A DNA stretch of 52,002 nucleotides, filler included, from Catajapyx aquilonaris (lineage: Eukaryota), in NCBI GenBank assembly GCA_000934665.2. It is 2 parts of 2 records of this genome, joined end to end, with 100 filler letters (N's around TTAATTAATTAA, not from the genome) between each part and the next. Parts side by side here need not be neighbours in the genome. Positions count along the whole stretch, not along the records: positions 26,053 to 52,002 come from JYFJ02005284.1; 1 more part is not named here. One strand, given 5' to 3'. Each line of letters opens with the position of its first letter. The stretch's first letter is position 1. Below, in pieces: positions 50,416-52,002 of the stretch. A model generated the notes under the pieces. That model was not told the DNA's origin. It did no database searches and was given only the letters and a program-made list of their open reading frames with translations. The position numbers and the translations under genes were made by a program.

Positions 50416-50558
50416 CTGCTGTCAGGTGTAAGAAGATCATAACTCAAACACTAGTAAGACTGAAAGGTCCTGCACTAATCCCCTCAGAGTCGGGGATTAG
50501 TGCAGGACTTTCAGTCTTACTAGTTTTTGAGTTATGGTCTTCTTATATCTGACAGCAG
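50416..50558. repeat. Near-perfect hairpin, ~67-bp arms
   Basis: ctgctgtcag.tgtaagaaga.cataactcaaa.actagtaagactgaaag..cctgcactaatcccc-loop-ggggattagtgcagg.ctttcagtcttactagt.tttgagttatg.tcttctta.a.ctgacagcag. Confidence 0.88.
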
Positions 50559-52002
50559 CCATATGCTCCATATAAAATACCAAAAACATATCAGTTACAT
50601 TGTCACTATGCTGTAATGTGTGCAGTTGCATGGCCACAACATACTATGGTTAAGTTAGTTTGGTAGAATAAGCCAAAGCACGTACACTAATGAGGGGTTG
50701 TGTGGCTATTAAGACAGAGGGAGAAACATGCATGTGGAGAAAAAAGTGGTAATTCATGATCATACTGGGGAGATGTGATTAATTCCCCACCACTATCCCT
50801 TTACCAGTTGTGAACAGTACAACCTAGGTCAATGGAAACAATTTGGGAGGGTAAGATCTTGGCAGAATTGGTGGAACGTTAGGAAATGACAGAGTGATGC
50901 CCAAGAAAGTTCACTACAAATATCCACTAGGTTTTACTCTGCCTTAACGAGCAGCCATTCAGCATGAGCCACTCCATCCTTCATCCCAGAGGACCACTGG
51001 CAGATCCTTCAGGCTAATACTAGTGTTAAAACTGGTCAGTGCTGTTACAGTACAGTATTTACAAAAATTGGCCCCATCATTCCCAATGCAACCTGACCTT
51101 ATTGTGGGTCAGCATACCCGAGAGCACTGATATGAGGCAATGCATAAATATGTGTGCACATGCACATTATTGCCTGATGATAAATCTACACTACCAACAA
51201 CGGCTAATTCCACTGTTAATTCACACCATCCCAGCAACAACAGCCCTAGGCCTTATGTGCAAACCAACCACGGGCACGTATGATCGCGACCACGTTTACG
51301 TACCTGCCAAGTACCTACTGCATGAAGCAAGGTAGAGTCCCCACCCTGCTTGTGGCCCTACCCACCCGAGCGATTATTATCCGGCTGGGGCGAATGAATG
51401 ACCGGATGAACCCACCGACGCAACAATGCCCGTCTGGTAGTAGCCGCAGGTGAACCTCGCCTTCTTCAACCCTTCCGTTTCTTCCCCCTATTTTTTTAAT
51501 GCTCTTGTTCCCTTCCCCACCGTTTGCCCCCTCAGCGGACCCCCGACCGATCCACGGTGAAGTTTCCCCCAAGTGCGGCCAATCAGGTTTGGATTCGCAT
51601 TTATTTGGCCACATCCCAACCTGTCCGATGTTGCCACACCTTACCACACGATATTTCGCACGATATATCGATACGCCTAGGAGGCTTTTGAACAGGTGCT
51701 CGGAAAGATAAAAGAAAATTGTATCGATGCATTGCACAGGAATGGGTGCAATGGGTGTGACTGCGCTCTCGTTGTAATCAGCGGCCTTGTGGAGGCTTCA
51801 TTTGGGGGGCAGGAAATGACTGCGCCATCCTTGTCTTTGTGTATCATCTGCCTACATGGTGGTGATGGTACATCTGGCATCAATGCGCGGGGAATTCAAC
51901 AATGGTCGTGATCCCGCATGCGATTTGCGCTCATGGCAACTTTTGGCGAGAAGACGATGCTGGCGGGTGGGGTGGAGCAGGGAGGAACAAGGGGGTTGAC
52001 GG

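Overview
AT-rich, intron-rich animal genomic DNA, most likely an arthropod with active CpG methylation; the species cannot be named from sequence alone. Gene order: first coding exon of an NME8/TXNDC3-type thioredoxin gene (-), head-to-head with a complete 6-exon ARL2BP (+); a TE-rich spacer; a complete 6-exon BMP5/6/7/8 (gbb/60A-class) ligand gene (-); a tandem array of four related, intronless-CDS small single-pass membrane protein genes (-); a 100-nt artificial gap linker; the first 7 coding exons of DNMT1 (-), running into that gap with no catalytic domain visible; and a TMEM268-like gene (-) with two tandemly duplicated, intact terminal exons. Introns and spacers carry tRNA-derived SINEs with TSDs, many TIR/MITE elements, transposase remnants and perfect hairpins. 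The best novelty candidates are the four-gene small membrane protein array next to gbb, the duplicated TMEM268 last exons and the atypical Gbb. Exon structures were derived by hand from GT/AG sites and phase continuity. Family names come from recalled motifs, not database searches.
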